A DNA stretch of 62,215 bases, filler included. It is 9 parts of 9 records of this genome, joined end to end, with 100 filler letters (N's around TTAATTAATTAA, not from the genome) between each part and the next. Parts side by side here need not be neighbours in the genome. Positions count along the whole stretch, not along the records: positions 54,465 to 62,215 come from SRR31147125_129539; 8 more parts are not named here. The stretch is one strand, 5' to 3'. Of the stretch, positions 57,401 to 62,215 are shown one piece after another; positions within the stretch are counted from its first letter, which is position 1, and each line of letters opens with the position of its first letter. A model generated the notes under the pieces. It had not been told where the DNA came from. It searched no databases and saw only the letters and a program-made list of their open reading frames with translations. Position numbers and translations under genes: made by a program.

Positions 57401-60400
57401 GTCACCAGGGAAATTCTCACAGGAACTCTTGTGGTATCGAATATCACCTCATCTAACATTCCTTCATGGGTCCCGATCGACCGCAAGGATCGTTTCCTGC
57501 GTCTTCAGGTGGGTCCTTGTGTCTTCTCGCTCGAGAAGGGCTCAATCCGTCGTCTTGCTCTGCAAGACAACCTTCTCTCGTCTCTCGAACACCCTGAACT
57601 TCTCGAATGGATCGTTTTGGAGTGCATGGATTCGTAACCTTCGCTGTGAGACACAGCTTGATAACGTGTCCATAACGTGCGGAAACTCTGCCGATACGAT
57701 GGTCCTCCGAACTCATTCCATCTCCAGTCCCTTCCAACGAGTCTTAGTCCTCCACGCACTCCGTCCCGATCGTCTCCAACATGCCTGTACGGAATGTTGT
57801 CCACCACGGCACGAAAACGCATCCGTCTCATTGTACTGCACAGTGCACTCCTTTGTGACATCCGCTCTGGAAATGGACGTTTTGGCCTTATCCTCGTTCA
57901 GTCTTCACGGGCTTTCGAAGGTTGCCCGTGCCCGTGCTCGACTGATCTTCCTCACTCATTTCTGAATAGGAGACCGCTCCAACAGAACCCATTCTTCTTA
58001 TTGCGACGGCAGGGGCTGATCCCTCACAAGAACTGGAAGAACTTGCTGTGCGTGAAGTTGGACGGAATCGTTTTCGTCAGGTGGGTGTGCTGAGTGAGCT
58101 GGCGGGATTGTGGAATCACGTCTTTGGAAGGTGGCTATGGGACAGGGACAGACGTCCTTGGCAGAAGAAATGCTCAATGAGGCGGCTCGTAGCGGGGAGT
58201 GGCTGTGCATCAAGAACTTGCATCTTGTCACATGGTGGCTTCCAACCCTGGAGAAACACGTACGGATCCCGTGCTGGCTGCTCCTGTTCTTTTCCTAAAT
58301 CCGTGTGTCGTAGCTGAATGTCCTTCAACCCCATCCAGCATTTCGTTTGTGGCTCACAACAGAGGCCCATCCCAAATTCACCCCTGCGCTTCTTCAAAAC
58401 AGCGTGAAAGTGACGATTGAGGCACCACCGGGTACACTGCTGCCCGCCCTGTTACGAAGATCTACCTCACTTGGTTTTGTTTGTAAGGTGTTCGGAACAA
58501 TATCCTACGAACCTTTGAAGCATGGCCGGTGGAATGGTTTGGAGGAAGCCAAACACGTCGTGCACACTTGCTCTTTGTTTTGGCTTGGTTCCATGCCGTT
58601 GTACAAGAACGACGCACCTACGTCCCCCAAGGATGGAGTCAATTCTATGAATTCTCGTTTGCGGACTTGCGTTCTGGTGCTGAAATCATTCGCGTGCGTT
58701 GATGTGGGTGTCGTTGTGGTCTGTTTCCCATTTCCGTTCAGTACTTGGCACATCAACACGACTCGTCTTTGTGGGAAGCACTTCGCGGATTGTTGGAATA
58801 TGCCATCTATGGGGGTCGCGTCGCCAATCCTTATGACTTACGCGTCTTGAACGTGTATCTGCACCAGTTCTTCGATGAAGGTGAGCGAGGGATGGCTTGT
58901 GTGTCCCTCACTACCCCCATTTTTGCAGATGTCCTTACGGGGAGAAAACCTCTGTCGGATCGAGTAGGTGCGTTTGGGTCTAGCTTGATCATCGGTATCT
59001 CGTCACCCGCCCGCCCCGTGTCCATCACAGCTGTTCCATCGACTGGCGACCGTTCCGATTGCATCAGGGTGTGTGATTGTTGGATTGATGGTGCCCAACG
59101 GATCACTCCACTAGGCCATCACCTCCATTCCAGAGAGAGACAGTCCCTCCCTCTTCTGCCTTCCCGAGAATATTGAACGCTCCGTCCAGACTGCTGCAAG
59201 TGCACAATTGCTTGTACAAATTCGTTCCATTGTGCGTGCTGCGTGAACCATGAGGTGGTGGTTGGTGACTGACTGATAGCGATCTAGGCAACCAACCCCG
59301 AGAGGATGGGAGTCTTCGACAAGGAAAAATGGGGAAAGCAGCTGCTTCCCCTCACACGTCTCTGGGAGAAGGTACCGGGGCATCGCCAAGTGCTGGAGAT
59401 CCGTTCGCTCACTCGATGCCAGATGAAAGAAAACAAGGTCTTACTTTCTGCTCCCCCGTCTGGTGCCTCTGCGACCTCAACATCAATCATGAACTTTGTT
59501 CAAATGGTATCTATCAATACTGTGCCAGGGGTCTTCTCCTGGAATTCACCCCACGATCCCAGGAGTGTCGCTATGCACACGACCTTGTGACATTGGTTGA
59601 CACCCAAATGCACGAGATTGGAAGGGTTGTTCGTGGAAAGAGTGTTCTTACTCCCTCCCTGCGAACCATCACATCTGTTCTCAGCAACGGTGGAGTTCCT
59701 GAACGGTACGTTCCCGTAACGCACGTTATTTGTTTGGTCATGTTATCCCATGTTAGATGGCAAGAGAAATGGGAGGGTGCCGAGACGATTGATGGGTGGA
59801 TGAAGGGTATTTGTGATCGTACGGTAGCTCTGTCCAAGTGCGTGGGTGGATCGCTTTGTTGTTGCTGTTATTGTTATGTGAATCGGGTCTGCAAGGTGGT
59901 ACGCTGCGGCAGAAGCTGGAACACTTCTGACTGCACCCCTGGACATGTCCGAGCTTTTCCACCCGGAACGTTTTCTCAATGCACTTCGACAAGAGACGGC
60001 ACGCCAAAGTGCGTGCCATTCTGCGGAGAATGTTTGTTGCACGCCGATCACACACACACCCTGTCAGCGAACTGTGCTGTGGATGAATTAGCCTTAACCT
60101 GTTCATGGAAGGACGATCGACATCCTCCCTCCCCTTCAAGTAGGATGGATGTGTACGAAAGCAGTGTGATCCTTTCCTCCTGACGATTGCATGCGGTGTT
60201 AGTTTGTGCTATCATTGCGGGCCTCCTTTTGCAAGGGGCGGTGTTCGAAGGAGGACATCTTGCACCGGCCACCTCTGAAACGCCCAATCTTGTGCCTGTG
60301 CCCCCATTCTCTTTGGCTTGGGCGAAGAAGGAGAAGGAGGAGGTAATACTTCCCCCCCCCCCCCCCCCCGTTTGTTTCATTTGTTATGACATATTGGTTT

Positions 60401-60552
60401 AGATTCATCGTCGAGAGACCCACTTCTCTGTCCCTGTGTATTTGACGACAGACCGCGAAGTGTTGCTTACTGAGGTGGAAATGCCTTTTCAAGGGGATCT
60501 CCACCATTGGCTCCTCTCAGGTGTCTCTGCCTTCCTCCACGAACGCATGTGA
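54465..60552 (+). CDS. DYNC2H1: Cytoplasmic dynein-2 (IFT dynein) heavy chain, C-terminal part, about 35 introns
   Basis: Spliced reading [26 protein letters not shown] (stalk/MTBD), [53 protein letters not shown]; ends GAA CGC ATG TGA at 60552. Confidence 0.9.
55850..55902 (+). other. U12-type AT-AC intron (53 nt, phase 2)
   Basis: 5' ATATCC, branch CCTTAAC at 55886-55892, 3' CCAC. Removing it restores frame [30 protein letters not shown]. Confidence 0.88.
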
Positions 60553-60600
60553 CAACAAGGATTCTTCCTTCATAACCACACACACTTGTGATCTCATCTC

Positions 60601-61465
60601 TCATTCATCTTTCTTCCTCTTCTCCCCTTCAAAGGCCTTGTCCGTCCACACAATCCCTTGCGTAAGGATTCCAAGTCCAAGACTTAGAAATGCATGGTAG
60701 ACATCAATCCACTTAACGAAGAGGCCGGGGAACGTATACGTATGCATGAGAAGCACTCCCAAGCCGATGACTCCACTCCCGTCAGCATAGTAAAGCAACC
60801 AAGGGGTGCATAACGAATCCGTGCAAAGCACAGCCCCACAAGCACGCCCATCATGGCAGTCTTGAACATATCAGCCGATGGATGCACTGCGTGGCGAGCC
60901 AGATCCTCAAGACTTGTTGCTGTCTGAAGTTGTGGTGCCCACATCACGGTACTGTAGACAAGCAGGGCCACTGGAAAGTAGGTCAATTTGGACGGGGTGC
61001 TGAAGGCTCGTCGTACCGGAGGCGGAGAGAAGAAGCCACTGCAAGAGTTGTCGCTGGATCCGCAACAGGTGTAAGCCTCCCATCGCCAAGGACGCCGTGC
61101 CAATTGTTGTAGCCACAACGGTGATGTGAGCGTGGAGAATGACCACAACAGGAAGAGCCCGCGGTGTGGCAGGAAGAAGGTCGGGCATGAAGTGCAGAAC
61201 GCCAAGGACGGCTGCTGCCCCAATGGAGAGGAAACCGGCCGCGAAGAGCCTTGTAGGTAGAGTTAGCATCCAGGCACACGGACCGGAGGGGAGGAACACA
61301 CCAGCGACCACTCTCTTGTGTCAGGCGCATCATGTGCAAGGTTGCATTCACACAGGACAGCACTAGGATTAGTTCCCAGAATGCGTGACTGGTGAGAGGG
61401 GACTTCTGGACATAGTCCGCCAGAATCTGGAGGACAGGGTCAAGCGGGGTGGGGAGGGACGTCAT
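60601..61465 (-). CDS. Multi-pass membrane protein (two introns; probable 1-nt deletion near 60774)
   Basis: Spliced helices AAGFLSIGAAAVLGVLHF, ILHAHITVVATTIG, VIGLGVLLM, WIDVYHAFLSLGL; family not firmly recognised. Confidence 0.65.
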
Positions 61466-61552
61466 TCGACTGGCAGAGGAGAATGGAATGTATTGAATGG
61501 TGAGTGGTGACCAATCAACACTTAATCAACCCATCCCCATCCATCCATCTGT

Positions 61553-62133
61553 TCACTTGTCATCGACCACTGTCGTCAGAAGCCCCTTGAGGGTCATCTT
61601 GGGCGGATGATGCACGCCCACGAGCGTCACAAGCGTAAACAGCTTCTCCTTCGAGTCCTCGTCTTCATTGGGTCGCCGTGCAAGCTTGTGAGAGAAGGTG
61701 TTGAGTCGTATATGCATTTCACGCACGCATACACACTCTCCCTCTTTCCTACCTTCACTCGCACACGACGCGGAACACTGCGGATCCCACTTGACCAGAT
61801 CTCCTTATTGAGCCGGACATCAATACGCACGTCCTTTGTTCCCATGGCCTGAGGGGAAAGGAATGAATGGAGGGGTGTGTGTGAAACAGACCGACATCAC
61901 GCACCTTCGTAGCGAAACCACGAATCTCACGAATGGCACGCGGAGCGCGTTTCTTGAGTGATCTGATCAAAGGAGTTGAGGTGAACGTCGTCGTTGGATG
62001 GATGGATGGGTGGATACACGCCGTGAAGCCTCTTGTGGAGGTTGATGTTGTACTCGCGTGTGACAATGTCTGGCACCCGCCTCTTCTCCGTCTTCTTATC
62101 CTTTTCACCCCTCTTCTTGGCTTCCTTCACCAT
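61553..62133 (-). CDS. RPL31: 60S ribosomal protein L31 (eL31), three introns
   Basis: [86 protein letters not shown]. Confidence 0.97.
61963..62017 (-). other. Possible U12-type GT-AG intron in RPL31 (55 nt, phase 2)
   Basis: 5' GTATCC; CCTCAAC branch-like motif ending 12 nt before the 3' end (CAG). Confidence 0.5.
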
Positions 62134-62215
62134 GATGACGCAGTAGAGGCGTCAGATTCCCTCACCCCCTTTGAACCCTTCCCAGTTAGTACGAGGACGG
62201 GACGGTCTCCACCCC

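Noticed and set aside
59507-59562. Dynein intron starting GTATCT as another U12 intron
   Set aside because: Phase 0 and no U12 branch motif; treated as U2-type.

Overview
This is not one locus. It is nine contigs joined by 100-nt spacers (N-run + TTAATTAATTAA + N-run) at 5873-5972, 13059-13158, 20132-20231, 25849-25948, 32836-32935, 39867-39966, 48291-48390 and 54365-54464, so gene context only holds within a segment. Segments 1 (1-5872) and 9 (54465-62215) come from a compact, very intron-dense flagellate eukaryote, probably the same organism: synaptojanin-like, CFAP410-like, alpha/beta-hydrolase-like, dynein-2 heavy chain, a membrane protein and RPL31. The seven bacterial segments are: (2) Desulfobacteraceae-like chemoreceptor and two-component region; (3) menD-H-B-A-C-E; (4) wza/wzc/wzx polysaccharide export; (5) FAD oxidoreductase/CCG protein, DeoR, TRAP transporter, SDR; (6) uvrB, IMPase, radC, pyrE, plsA/plsR-like; (7) clostridial nifH-I1-I2-D-K followed by a type II ABC importer and a [2Fe-2S] ferredoxin; (8) ktrAB, aldo/keto reductase and an OYE-type flavoenzyme. 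Highlights: a minor-spliceosome (U12-type) AT-AC intron in the dynein-2 gene plus a second U12-like intron in RPL31; a +4C-dominated splice-donor consensus; tandem ANTAR-hairpin/terminator attenuators upstream of nifH; a nif operon with a metal-chelate ABC importer where nifEN/nifB usually sit; and three related small helical proteins flanking a chemoreceptor. Many apparent frameshifts are 1-nt deletions in homopolymers and are treated as sequencing errors. All calls were made by eye; no searches were run.
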